NCBI GenBank assembly: GCA_963708135.1 | Contig: OY970192.1 | Coordinates: 2,304,001 to 2,368,000 of the forward strand | Length of the DNA: 64,000 nucleotides | Direction of reading: 5' to 3' | Source: an uncultured Gemmatimonadales bacterium | GTDB taxonomy: Bacteria; Gemmatimonadota; Gemmatimonadetes; Longimicrobiales; RSA9 | Shown here: positions 19,269-28,562 of the stretch, piece after piece | Layout of the letters: every line of letters begins with the position of its first letter | Numbering within the stretch: position 1 is the first letter of the stretch | The notes under the pieces: model-generated | What the model saw: only the letters and a program-made list of their open reading frames with translations | What the model was told of the DNA's origin: nothing | Database searches by the model: none | Position numbers and translations under genes: made by a program

Positions 19269-19849
19269 TAGAACCAGAAGATGGCGGTGACCGGCACGAG
19301 GTCGGGCGCGTTCCTGATCTTCTCGAAGCGCGCGTCCAGCGAGACGCGGACCTTGGCCACGTGCAGCATCGCGCCCGCCCCCAGGTCGAAGCCGAAGTTG
19401 GTCTTCGCCGGCGGGTTGATCGCTCCGTCGCTCACCATCTGGTAGCTATAGAGACCGCCGCCGCCCATCACGTAGGGGATGAGCGGGAACCCGGGCAGGA
19501 GCGGGATCTGCAGGATCGCGTTCGCCTCACCGCCCGTGAGCCGGTCGTGGCCGGAGGTGGCCTGGGTGCAGCCGGGCGTCACGCACGGCGGGATGGCGGC
19601 GCTCTTCAGCGGCAGCCGCATGTAGAAGCCCTCGGCCCGGACCGCGATCGGCGAGAGCGGCACGTTGAACTGGAGCGCCGCCTGCACGCGGTAGCCGGGA
19701 TCGAGCTCGTTCGTGCTTCCGCTGGGCGTCACCACGCCGGCGCCGATGCCGAGGTGCGCCGGGACGGTCCCCTGCGCGTGTGCGATCCCGGGCAGCGCGG
19801 CGCCGAGGGTCAGCGCGAGGGCGAAGGCGATCGAGTTGCTGACTGCCAT
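19268..19849 (-). CDS. Small outer-membrane beta-barrel protein
   Basis: Signal peptide ending AHA-Q, alternating beta strands (PYVMGGGGLY, FGFDLGAG), C-terminal Phe. Confidence 0.75.
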   Translation of the reverse strand: MAVSNSIAFALALTLGAALPGIAHAQGTVPAHLGIGAGVVTPSGSTNELDPGYRVQAALQFNVPLSPIAVRAEGFYMRLPLKSAAIPPCVTPGCTQATSGHDRLTGGEANAILQIPLLPGFPLIPYVMGGGGLYSYQMVSDGAINPPAKTNFGFDLGAGAMLHVAKVRVSLDARFEKIRNAPDLVPVTAIFWF

Positions 19850-21531
19850 GAACGCTCCTGGATGGGGGCGGGCCGGGGCTGCCGTTCGGAGGCGTCCGAC
19901 CGCCCGGGCCGGCGCCGCGCCCGGAAGATGGACGGGCTCCCGGAGGGGCGCAAGCGACGCCGCCCCGGCGGCTTTCCCGCCCCCTCGGGCCACTCCGCCG
20001 CCGCGAGCAGCAGGACGGCGAGGATAGCCGCTCCGCTGCCCGTGAGGTCCCCCCAACGCACGAACGGGGTCGCGCCAGGGGTGGTCCAGACGGTATCGAC
20101 CGCCACGGCCTCGCGGAACAGTCGCGTCCGGTCGTGTACCCGCCCGAGCGGATCGACGAAGAGGGAGAAACCGGTGTTGGCCGCCCGCGCGATGCCGCTC
20201 CGCGTCTCGATCGCGCGCAGCACGAGGTGGGCGGGGTGCTGCCAGAACGCGCTGGTGCGCGCCTCCCGGGCCGGGCCGGTGGACCAGTCGTCGTTGGTGA
20301 TGTTCACCAGGAACAGGGCGCCGGCCCGGCGCTCGGCGCGGGCGCGGTCGGCGAACGCGGACTCGAAGCAGATGAGGACGCCGAACCGGCTCCCGCCCGC
20401 GCGATAGCCGGGGTCGCCGCTCCCGGGCACGAGGCCGCCCGCTCCTCCCGTGAACGGAACGCGCTCCACGAACGGGACCAGGCGGTGTTTTGCGTACGTG
20501 CGGGGGAGCACCCCGCCTGGCGCGACGAGGAATGCGGCGTTGGTGCGGCCTCCACCGGCCGCGCGGCCGTAGCCGCCGACGAGGATTCGCGCACCCACCT
20601 GCGCGGCCAGCGCGCGCAGCCGGTCACGGATCCCGTGTGCGGCCGGATCCTCCAGGGCGGCGGGCAGCGCCGTCTCGGGCCAGACCACGAGATCAGCCGT
20701 CCCGCGTGGGAGCGCGGCGGTGAGGCGGGAGAGCGCCGAGAGGGAGACCGGCACGGCACGGCCGGGATCCGCCTTCACCGCGGCCGGCACGTTCGGCTGC
20801 ACGACGGCGACCCGCGCCGCGGGGACGAGGCGGAGCGTCGCCTCCCGCCACGCGCCGTACGCCGCGAGCGCGGCCACGAGCGCGAGCCCGCCGAGCGCCG
20901 GGCGGAGCGCCGCCGCCCACCGCCCTCGCCGGGCGGCGATGATGGCGCTCGCGCCGCAGCCGTTCACCAGCACGAGCGCCACCGCCAAACCCCGCGCCCC
21001 GACCAGATCGGCGGCCGCGGCCAGGCGCGGAGCCTGGGCCAGCGCGGTGCCCAGGCCGAGCCAGGGAAACGATAGAGGGCCGAGATGGGCCTGCGCCCAC
21101 TCGAGCGCGGTCCACAGGATCGCCGCGGCGAGCGGCAGCGGAACGGCGGGCCGTGACGCGCGCAGCGCGTGCAGCCCCGCGGCGAAGGCGGCCGTGAAGC
21201 CGGCGAGCACGAGCACGACGGCGAGGAATCCGGGTACGGCCAGGGCGCTCGTGGCGAGCAGCGCGGGAAGGAGCCAGTAGAGCAGAGCGGCGTAGCAGGC
21301 CGTCCCGAGCAGCCAGCCCGCGCCCGTGGCGGCGCGCCGTCCGGCGGGGCCGGGCGGCAGCGCCTCGACGGCCGTGAGGAACGGCACCAGCGCCACGAAC
21401 GGCGCGAGGATCAGATGGAACGGCGGGAACGAGAGGACCAGCAGGGAGGCGGAGAGAAGCGGCGCGGCACGCACGCCGGCGGGCGGCAGCGCCCCGGCCA
21501 CGGCCAGCCACCCGGGGCGGCCGTGGGTCAC
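19810..21531 (-). CDS. lnt: Apolipoprotein N-acyltransferase
   Basis: FPWLGLG, VVQPNV, VVWPETA, KHRLVPFVE, ICFESAF, NITND and RAANTG motifs; GTGA overlap start; unusually long 3' tail. Confidence 0.93.
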   Translation of the reverse strand: MTHGRPGWLAVAGALPPAGVRAAPLLSASLLVLSFPPFHLILAPFVALVPFLTAVEALPPGPAGRRAATGAGWLLGTACYAALLYWLLPALLATSALAVPGFLAVVLVLAGFTAAFAAGLHALRASRPAVPLPLAAAILWTALEWAQAHLGPLSFPWLGLGTALAQAPRLAAAADLVGARGLAVALVLVNGCGASAIIAARRGRWAAALRPALGGLALVAALAAYGAWREATLRLVPAARVAVVQPNVPAAVKADPGRAVPVSLSALSRLTAALPRGTADLVVWPETALPAALEDPAAHGIRDRLRALAAQVGARILVGGYGRAAGGGRTNAAFLVAPGGVLPRTYAKHRLVPFVERVPFTGGAGGLVPGSGDPGYRAGGSRFGVLICFESAFADRARAERRAGALFLVNITNDDWSTGPAREARTSAFWQHPAHLVLRAIETRSGIARAANTGFSLFVDPLGRVHDRTRLFREAVAVDTVWTTPGATPFVRWGDLTGSGAAILAVLLLAAAEWPEGAGKPPGRRRLRPSGSPSIFRARRRPGRSDASERQPRPAPIQERSWQSATRSPSPSR

Positions 21532-22541
21532 GCCTGCACTTCCCGGCCTTCCCGCGCGGATTCGTAAGCAAGCCCGATCAGGTGCATGAGCCTGACCTGG
21601 TCCTCGGGCAGCGGCGCGCGCTTCTCCCCCCTGGCGACGTCCACCAGCTCCTGCAGCTGCGCCCGGTAGGACGCAGTGTAGGCATTGCCCTGCCCGATCG
21701 GCAGCTGCGGGGTCACGTCGACGAGGCCCTGCTCGAGCTCCTTGAAAACCGCCAGCGGCGAGAGTGCAGCCGAGCCATGCGTGCCGAAGAGCTGGAGGTA
21801 GTGCCGGTCGCGCTGACCGAGCAGGCTCCAGGTCACTTCCACCGAGACGGCGGGGCCGTCCTTCAGCGTGAACAGCACCGCCGCGGAGTCCTCCACCTCC
21901 ATGCCCTCGCCCGGGTGCAGGTGCGCCACCACGCGGTCCACCGCGGGGTAGTCGAGCACCCACAGGCAGAGGTCGAGGATCTGGACGCCGAGGTCCATGA
22001 GGGCGCCGCCGCCTGAGGTGGCCAGCCGGTGCCGCCAGGTGGGGCGGACGAGTCGCACCTTCCGGTTCAGCCAGCCCGCCTTCACGAAAAACAGCTCCCC
22101 CAGCTCGCCGCCCTGCGCGAACGGCTTGAGCGCCAGGGCGTCGGGCCGGTGCCGGTTGTTCATCGCGACCATCACACTGCGCCCGCTGCGCTGCGCGGCA
22201 TCGAGCACGCGGCGCGCCCCCTCCGGGGTCAGCGCCAGCGGCTTCTCGACGAGCACGTGCTTGCCACCTTCCAGGGCCGCGATCGACTGGGACTCGTGCA
22301 GGTGGCTCGGCGTGCAGATCAGGACGGCGTCGAGCTCGGGGTCCTCGAAGACCGTCTCGTCGCGCCGCAGTGCGTTCGGCACCCCGAAGCGGGCGGCGAG
22401 GGAGGCGGCCTTCGGCTGGTCCACGTCGCATACGGTCCGCACCTCGACCCCGCGCATCTGCGAGAGCACCGGCAGGTGGATGACCTGCGCGATCGCGCCG
22501 GTCCCCAGCAGCCCGAGCCGGACCGTGCCCTGCTCGCTCAC
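21528..22541 (-). CDS. Gfo/Idh/MocA family oxidoreductase
   Basis: GTGAIA, ICTPSHLH, KHVLVEKP and GGGALMDLGV motifs. Confidence 0.93.
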   Translation of the reverse strand: MSEQGTVRLGLLGTGAIAQVIHLPVLSQMRGVEVRTVCDVDQPKAASLAARFGVPNALRRDETVFEDPELDAVLICTPSHLHESQSIAALEGGKHVLVEKPLALTPEGARRVLDAAQRSGRSVMVAMNNRHRPDALALKPFAQGGELGELFFVKAGWLNRKVRLVRPTWRHRLATSGGGALMDLGVQILDLCLWVLDYPAVDRVVAHLHPGEGMEVEDSAAVLFTLKDGPAVSVEVTWSLLGQRDRHYLQLFGTHGSAALSPLAVFKELEQGLVDVTPQLPIGQGNAYTASYRAQLQELVDVARGEKRAPLPEDQVRLMHLIGLAYESAREGREVQA

Positions 22542-23221
22542 CGGGCCCCCTGCCGCGTCTCGGAGCCCAGGCCGGGCAGCATGATCGCGGCGCCCAGCCG
22601 CACGCCCGGATACTGCACGTCCGTCAGCACGGTGTAGCGGAGCTCACCATAGAAGCGGAGCCGATCGTTGACCGGGTACTCGAGGCCGCCCCCCGCGCTG
22701 ATCCCGGCCGTCACGGTATCCAGCAGGTCCTCGATGAACGTGTCGCTGATCGCCTGCCCCTGTCCGTTCAGCGCGTGGACGCCGAGGCCGAGGTCGACGT
22801 AGGTCAGCAGGCGCGCCGGCGTGGTCCAGACGTACTGCCCGTCCAGCGCGAGCGAGACGTCGCTCAGCCGGATCGGGCCCAGGTCCTGCGGCGTGACGCG
22901 TGCGCCCTGCCGCTGGAGCGCCGGCAGGGCGTTCAGCCGGTCCGCCAGGCGGCCGAGCTCACTCTGCCGCATGTCCGAGCGCCAGTACGACATGGAGGGG
23001 ATGATGCGGACACCGGGGCCGAGGTAGCCGAGGTCCACCCGCACGGTGTACTCGGACGTGGCCTCCACCTTTGTCGGCCAGAGATAGCCCAAGGAGAGGC
23101 CGACGCCGCGGAACACGAGGTCCGTGTAGTCGTAGTCGGCCAGCCCCTGCGCGCGGGCGCCGCCGGGCGCCAGTGCGAGCGGCAGCAATGCGAGCAGCAG
23201 CGTGACACGTCGCTTCATCAC
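22538..23221 (-). CDS. Exported protein, probable outer-membrane beta-barrel
   Basis: Signal peptide ending ARA-Q; amphipathic strands (AGGGLEY, FYGELRY). Confidence 0.65.
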   Translation of the reverse strand: MMKRRVTLLLALLPLALAPGGARAQGLADYDYTDLVFRGVGLSLGYLWPTKVEATSEYTVRVDLGYLGPGVRIIPSMSYWRSDMRQSELGRLADRLNALPALQRQGARVTPQDLGPIRLSDVSLALDGQYVWTTPARLLTYVDLGLGVHALNGQGQAISDTFIEDLLDTVTAGISAGGGLEYPVNDRLRFYGELRYTVLTDVQYPGVRLGAAIMLPGLGSETRQGAR

Positions 23222-23254
23222 GGTCCTCGTCCTCCTCTTCCCGGCGTTGCCTCG

Positions 23255-24520
23255 TCAGTAGAACCGCTCCACCCGCGTGTCCCGGTAATAGGCGCCCAGG
23301 ATCGTGCGGTAGCTCTGGCCCGCGCGAGCGCGGCCGATCGCGCCCCACTGGCACATCCCTATCCCGTGGCCCCACCCGCCACCCCCCACCTCGAGCGCCG
23401 TGACGGTGTCCCCCCGGACGTCCGCGTTCACCGAAAACAGCATGCTGCTGTTCAGGAGGCCCTTCCCGCCCGCGGGGCGCAGCACCCACCGCACCGAGTC
23501 GCCGCGCACGGCGGCCGTGGTCCCCCCCACGCGCAGCCGAAGCAGGGCGACGCGGTCCGATCCGTTCACCCCGTCGAGCGCCACCTCCCCCACCGGGCCG
23601 GCCGCCGGCCCGCTGCCGCCGGTGTAGTCCGGCAGGGTCTTCCCCAGGACGCCGCGCAGCTCCTCGCCCGTCCAGCGCTCCGTCCAGCGGAACCGGTTCG
23701 AGATGTCGCAGTAGGAGCGGTCGGTGCCGGGGATGCGGTCCGACTCGGACTTCAGGTACGGCAGCGGCGCACGCCAGGGCCACGCGTCCTCGATGGCCGC
23801 CGTCCGTCCGCCGCAGGTCGAGCTGTAGTAGGCCAGGATCGGCTGGTCCTGGTAGGTGACGATCTCGCCCCGCGTCTCCGCCACGGCCCGATTCGCCACA
23901 CTGTCCTCGCGCGCCGCCCCGCCGTAGACCTGGTCCTGCGTCCCCGCGTAGAAGTCGAAGCCGCGCGCGGCGCTCTTGCCCAGGTTGCCGATGGCGTACG
24001 TCCGCGCCGCCACGGCCTGCGCCTTCACCGCCTCCACCTCGGCCGCCGGGCGGACCCCGATCTCCATCGGCACCACGCCGCGGAGGTAGCGCTCCAGGTC
24101 GAGCACGTTGACCGCCGTCACGCCGCCGCCTGGCACTCCGCGCACCAGCGCCGTCCCGTGATAGGGGCGTCCGGCGAGGAGCACATCGCCGTTCCCCGCG
24201 GGAACGACCGCCAGCGGGCCGGCGAGCGGGCCGACGGCAGCCGCGCCCGGCCCGCTCAGCGTGAGGGCGCCGTCCGCACCTGCCGCTGCCGAGACCGAGC
24301 TCCCCGCCGCGCCGCGGTAGACCGTCCGGCCGGTGGCATCCCGGATTTCGAAGGCGCCCGTCGCGCCGAGCGAGACGTGCGCGGAATCGACGAGGACCCC
24401 GATCCGGACCATTGGCTCGGTCCCACGGGCGCGTTCGCGTCCGGCCGGCGGGCCGGCAGGCCGGCACGCGGCGAGCAGGCCCGCCAGGGCCACGAGCCGG
24501 TGCGCCCCCGCCCGCCTCAC
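23255..24520 (-). CDS. SpoIID/LytB domain lipoprotein (lytic transglycosylase-like)
   Basis: Lipobox [33 protein letters not shown] and [13 protein letters not shown] motifs. Confidence 0.92.
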   Translation of the reverse strand: MRRAGAHRLVALAGLLAACRPAGPPAGRERARGTEPMVRIGVLVDSAHVSLGATGAFEIRDATGRTVYRGAAGSSVSAAAGADGALTLSGPGAAAVGPLAGPLAVVPAGNGDVLLAGRPYHGTALVRGVPGGGVTAVNVLDLERYLRGVVPMEIGVRPAAEVEAVKAQAVAARTYAIGNLGKSAARGFDFYAGTQDQVYGGAAREDSVANRAVAETRGEIVTYQDQPILAYYSSTCGGRTAAIEDAWPWRAPLPYLKSESDRIPGTDRSYCDISNRFRWTERWTGEELRGVLGKTLPDYTGGSGPAAGPVGEVALDGVNGSDRVALLRLRVGGTTAAVRGDSVRWVLRPAGGKGLLNSSMLFSVNADVRGDTVTALEVGGGGWGHGIGMCQWGAIGRARAGQSYRTILGAYYRDTRVERFY

Positions 24521-25809
24521 CCAACGGCCTCCCGCAGCGCGGCCGTGAGCGCCTCCGCGGTGCGGTCCACCTCCTCGTCGCCGTGGGCGATCGAGATGAA
24601 GCTGGCCTCGAACGGTGACGGCGCGAGGCTCACCCCGCGCTCGAGGGCGGCGCGGAAGAAGCGCGCGAAGAAGTCGGCGTCGCCCTTCGTCGCATCCTCG
24701 AAGCAGCGCACGGGCCCCTCGACGAAGTGGAAACCCCACATCCCACCGAGGGCGCCGCCCCATGCGGGCACGCCGGTCTCCCGGGCCGCGCCGAGCAGCG
24801 CGTCCAGGAGCTGGTTCGCTCGGCGCTCCAGATCGGCGTACGGCTCGCTTTCGCGCAGAAACAGCAGCTGTGCGATCCCAGCCGCCATCGCCAGCGGGTT
24901 CCCCGAGAGCGTGCCCGCCTGGTAGATGGGGCCGGAGGGCGCCACCCGTTCCATGATGGCGCGCTTGCCGCCGTACGCGCCCACCGGCAGCCCGCCCCCC
25001 ACCACCTTCCCCAGCGTGGTCAGGTCCGGGTCCAGGCCGAAGCGCGCCTGCGCGCCGCCGAGCGCCACCCGGAAGCCCGTCATCACCTCGTCCAGGATCA
25101 GCAGCGAGCCGTGCTCCCGGGTGACCCGCCGCAGTCCCGGGAGGAAGCCCTCGTCCGGCGGGATGAAGCCCGCGTTGCCGACGACCGGCTCGACAATGAC
25201 GCACGCGATCCGCTCGCCGTGCTCCCGGAAGATCGATTCGACCGTCTCGAGGTCGTTGTAGGGAGCGGTGAGCGTCAGCGCGGCAAGGTCGGAGGGAACG
25301 CCGGGGGAGTCGGGCAGCCCCAGCGTCGCCACGCCGCTGCCGGCCTGCACGAGGAAGGAGTCGCCGTGCCCGTGGTAGCAGCCGGAGAACTTCAGCACCA
25401 GGTCCCGGCCGGTGTAGCCGCGGGCGAGGCGGAGGGCGGACATCGTCGCCTCGGTGCCGCTGTTCACGAAGCGCACCATCTCGATCGACGGGACGAGCGA
25501 TACGACGAGCTCCGCCAGCTCGACCTCCGCGCCGGCCGGCATCCCGTAGCTCGTTCCGCGCTCGACCGCGTCCTTGACCGCCCGCACGACCGAGGGGTGG
25601 GCGTGGCCGAGAATCAGCGCGCCCCAGCTCAGCACGTAGTCGATGTACGCGTTGCCATCGACGTCCCAGACCCGCGCCCCCAGCGCGTGGTCCACGAAGA
25701 ACGGCTCGCCGCCCACCCGGCCGAACGCCCGCACCGGCGAATTCACGCCGCCCGGGATCAGCCCCTTGGCCCGTCTGAACAGACGAGCGCTCTCCTCATG
25801 CCGCGCCAC
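24517..25809 (-). CDS. hemL: Glutamate-1-semialdehyde 2,1-aminomutase
   Basis: [42 protein letters not shown] and QAGTLSGNP motifs. Confidence 0.98.
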   Translation of the reverse strand: MARHEESARLFRRAKGLIPGGVNSPVRAFGRVGGEPFFVDHALGARVWDVDGNAYIDYVLSWGALILGHAHPSVVRAVKDAVERGTSYGMPAGAEVELAELVVSLVPSIEMVRFVNSGTEATMSALRLARGYTGRDLVLKFSGCYHGHGDSFLVQAGSGVATLGLPDSPGVPSDLAALTLTAPYNDLETVESIFREHGERIACVIVEPVVGNAGFIPPDEGFLPGLRRVTREHGSLLILDEVMTGFRVALGGAQARFGLDPDLTTLGKVVGGGLPVGAYGGKRAIMERVAPSGPIYQAGTLSGNPLAMAAGIAQLLFLRESEPYADLERRANQLLDALLGAARETGVPAWGGALGGMWGFHFVEGPVRCFEDATKGDADFFARFFRAALERGVSLAPSPFEASFISIAHGDEEVDRTAEALTAALREAVG

Positions 25810-27400
25810 CCGCCCCCTCCGCGTTGCCGGGGATCGCCACGAGGTCGTCCTCGGACGCCTCGATCACCCTCACATCTATCATCTCGCCGGGCGCGGCGCC
25901 CGTGGCACCCCGCACCACGACCACGCCGTCCAGGTCCAGCGCCTGCCGCGTGCTCCGCCCCACCACCCCGGCGCCGGGGCGGACGGAGTCGACCAGGATT
26001 CGAAGTCGCCGCCCGACCAGCGCCTCGTTCCGCTCCGCCGTGATGGCGCGGGAGAGCTCGAGCACCCGCTCCAGCCGCTCGCGCCGCAGCCACTCCGGCA
26101 CCGGGTCCGGCATGTGGGCCGCCGCCGTCCCCTCCTCCACGGAGTACGAGAACGCGCCGAGGTGGTCGAAGCGCAGCTCCTCCAGCAGCTCGAGCAGCTC
26201 CTCGAACTCCTCCTCCGTCTCGCCCGGGAAGCCGACGATCACCGTCGTGCGCAGCGCGAGCTCCGGCAGCGCGTCGCGCAGCCAGCCCACCCGCTCGCGG
26301 ATGGTCGCGCGGCGCTCGGGGCGCCGCATCCGCTGGAGCACCGTGTCCGCGCCGTGCTGGATCGGCATGTCCAGATACGGCACGATGCGCGGCTCCGCCG
26401 CCATCAGCTCCACCAGCTCCGGGTAGATCCCGGACGGGTACATGTAGAACAGCCGCAGCCACGGGATGTCGGTGCCATCCAGCAGCGCGCGCAGGAGCTC
26501 GGGGAGGAGCCCCCGCCGCCCCGCCACCCCGGCCGGCAGCGCCGCCCGCCTGCCCGGCCGCCCCGCGCCCCCCGGCGCCGGTGAGCCCGCGCGACCGGCG
26601 GCCGCCGCGGCTCCCGGCAGCTTGCCCGCGAAGTACCCGCCGCCGCCGACATCGCCGGTCCCGCGGAGCAGGTCGCGCCCGTACCACGTCGTGTCCTGAC
26701 TGATCAGGTTGAGCTCGACCACGCCCGCGGCGGCGAGCTCGGCCGCCTCGCGCACGAGGCGCTCGAGGGGGACCGAGCGGTGCTTGCCACGCATGAGCGG
26801 GATGGCGCAGAAGGCGCAGCCGTGGTCGCACCCTTCGCTGATCTTCAGATAGGACGTGTGCGGCGTGGCCGTGCTGAGCACGCGCAGCGGCCGCTCCATC
26901 GTCGGCACGTCGGCGGGCGGCGCCTCGAGGATGCCGCGCGCCTGGAGCTCCGGCACGAGCCGCTCCACCTCGCCCGTGCCCAGGAAGAGATCCACCGCCG
27001 GCAGCTCCGCCGAGAGCTCGGCCCGGTAGCGCTGCACCAGGCAGCCGACGGCGACCACCGCACGCACGCGGCCGTCCTCCTTCAGCCGCAGCGCGTCCAG
27101 GATCGCATCGACGGACTCCTCCTTCGCCACGTCAATGAAACCGCACGTGTTCACCACCACCACGTCCGACCCTTCCGCCCCACCGCGGACCCGCGCCCCG
27201 GCGGCGAGCAGCCCCGCCATCAGCCGCTCGCTGTCCACGGTGTTCTTGTCGCAGCCGAGCGTGACCAGCCCCACGCGGACGCCCGGTGCCTGCCCGTGCG
27301 ACGCGGTCCTGCCCATCGCGTCCCCGCCCCGCCCGGAGGCGTCGGGAAGGGCGGCGGGCAGGACCGGGAGTGCGGCTCGCGTTGCGTTCCGTCGGCTCAT
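25796..27400 (-). CDS. rimO: Ribosomal protein S12 methylthiotransferase
   Basis: [32 protein letters not shown] motifs and C-terminal TRAM domain; the start may be ~27316. Confidence 0.95.
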   Translation of the reverse strand: MSRRNATRAALPVLPAALPDASGRGGDAMGRTASHGQAPGVRVGLVTLGCDKNTVDSERLMAGLLAAGARVRGGAEGSDVVVVNTCGFIDVAKEESVDAILDALRLKEDGRVRAVVAVGCLVQRYRAELSAELPAVDLFLGTGEVERLVPELQARGILEAPPADVPTMERPLRVLSTATPHTSYLKISEGCDHGCAFCAIPLMRGKHRSVPLERLVREAAELAAAGVVELNLISQDTTWYGRDLLRGTGDVGGGGYFAGKLPGAAAAAGRAGSPAPGGAGRPGRRAALPAGVAGRRGLLPELLRALLDGTDIPWLRLFYMYPSGIYPELVELMAAEPRIVPYLDMPIQHGADTVLQRMRRPERRATIRERVGWLRDALPELALRTTVIVGFPGETEEEFEELLELLEELRFDHLGAFSYSVEEGTAAAHMPDPVPEWLRRERLERVLELSRAITAERNEALVGRRLRILVDSVRPGAGVVGRSTRQALDLDGVVVVRGATGAAPGEMIDVRVIEASEDDLVAIPGNAEGAGGAA

Positions 27401-27435
27401 CGGGCTCGTTTCATCCGGCTCGCTCGGGGGGCGGG

Positions 27436-27464
27436 AATATAGACGGCCGCTGCATCGGGATCAA
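27436..27464 (-). promoter_or_regulatory. rimO operon promoter TTGATC-N17-TATATT
   Basis: -35 at 27459-27464, -10 at 27436-27441. Confidence 0.65.
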
Positions 27465-27540
27465 CCAATCGCCGCGCCGCGGCGTGCGGCACGCGCCAGG
27501 TCGGCGGGCGCGGCGGCGGGCGGCACGTCCGGGACCGGGC

Positions 27541-28470
27541 TCAGTGCCGGTCGATCACCTGCGCACCCGGCGGCGGGGTGAAGCGGAAGAGCGCATCCTT
27601 CAGCGGCACGTCCGTACGCAGGTCGCTCAGCTCGAAGCGGCGCAGGCTCCCGTTCTCGCCCGCGATCTCGAAGCGCCGCGCCAGCCAGTCGCGCGCGTCG
27701 ATCCACACCTTGAGCGAGCGGTACCCCGTCGGCTTCTTCGGCACCATCCTCACCACGTATGCCGGCCGTCCGGCAACGGTCTGGCGGCCCTCGAGTGTCG
27801 CGTCGAAGCGCGCCACCGGGTCGCCCAGGAACTGCGCCTGCAGGTCCACGCCGCCCGCACCGCCGGCGCTCGCCGGCGCGCGGATCACCTGCTTCGGGTC
27901 CACGCTCGGGTAGTAGACCCAGAAGAAGCGGCCGTCGCCCACGATCACGTCGCCCGCGGGCTCGCTGAAGCGGAGCAGCAGCCGGTCGGGCCGGCGCTCG
28001 AAGAGCGTGCCCCGGCTCGTCGTGGTGCTTCCCAGCAGCGGGTTCTCGATCCGCTGCACGAAGTCGGCACGCAGCGAGCGGACGCGCCGGTACGCGGCGG
28101 ACGCGTGCCGCAGCACGCTCTCCGCCGTCGCCTGCGCGGCCGGCCTCACCGGCTCCACCGCTGGCGCGACCGCCTCCGGCGACGCCGTCGGGTCCGCGCC
28201 CCTGGGCGCCCGCGGCCGGCCCGCTCCCGCCCCGGCCACGCCTTCCCCGGCGCTCGACGGCCCGCCCCGAGTGGCCGCGTCCGGGCCGACGGAAGTCGCC
28301 GGCCTTTCGGCCGCCGCGCCCATCCGGGGCGCCGCCGGAGCGGCCGGGCGCACGACGGCCCGCGCGGGCGCCACCTCTGTATCGGCGGCACGTGGCAGGT
28401 GGCCGCGGGCGCCCAGGGCGACTCCCGCAGCGATCCCGCCGGCCGCGACTACGATGATGATCGTGCGCAT
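27541..28470 (-). CDS. lolA: Outer-membrane lipoprotein carrier LolA family, with long Ala/Pro linker
   Basis: SLRADFVQ...RPDRL..IVGDG..WVYYP...FRFTPP pattern; downstream of ftsK. Confidence 0.88.
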   Translation of the reverse strand: MRTIIIVVAAGGIAAGVALGARGHLPRAADTEVAPARAVVRPAAPAAPRMGAAAERPATSVGPDAATRGGPSSAGEGVAGAGAGRPRAPRGADPTASPEAVAPAVEPVRPAAQATAESVLRHASAAYRRVRSLRADFVQRIENPLLGSTTTSRGTLFERRPDRLLLRFSEPAGDVIVGDGRFFWVYYPSVDPKQVIRAPASAGGAGGVDLQAQFLGDPVARFDATLEGRQTVAGRPAYVVRMVPKKPTGYRSLKVWIDARDWLARRFEIAGENGSLRRFELSDLRTDVPLKDALFRFTPPPGAQVIDRH

Positions 28471-28562
28471 CGCTCCCCTGACGAAAAGAAGGGTCCCGGG
28501 CCGTTGGTACACGACGCCGGAACCCACGTTCCTCGCTGGAGATGGGCCGAGTCGGCGCGGCG

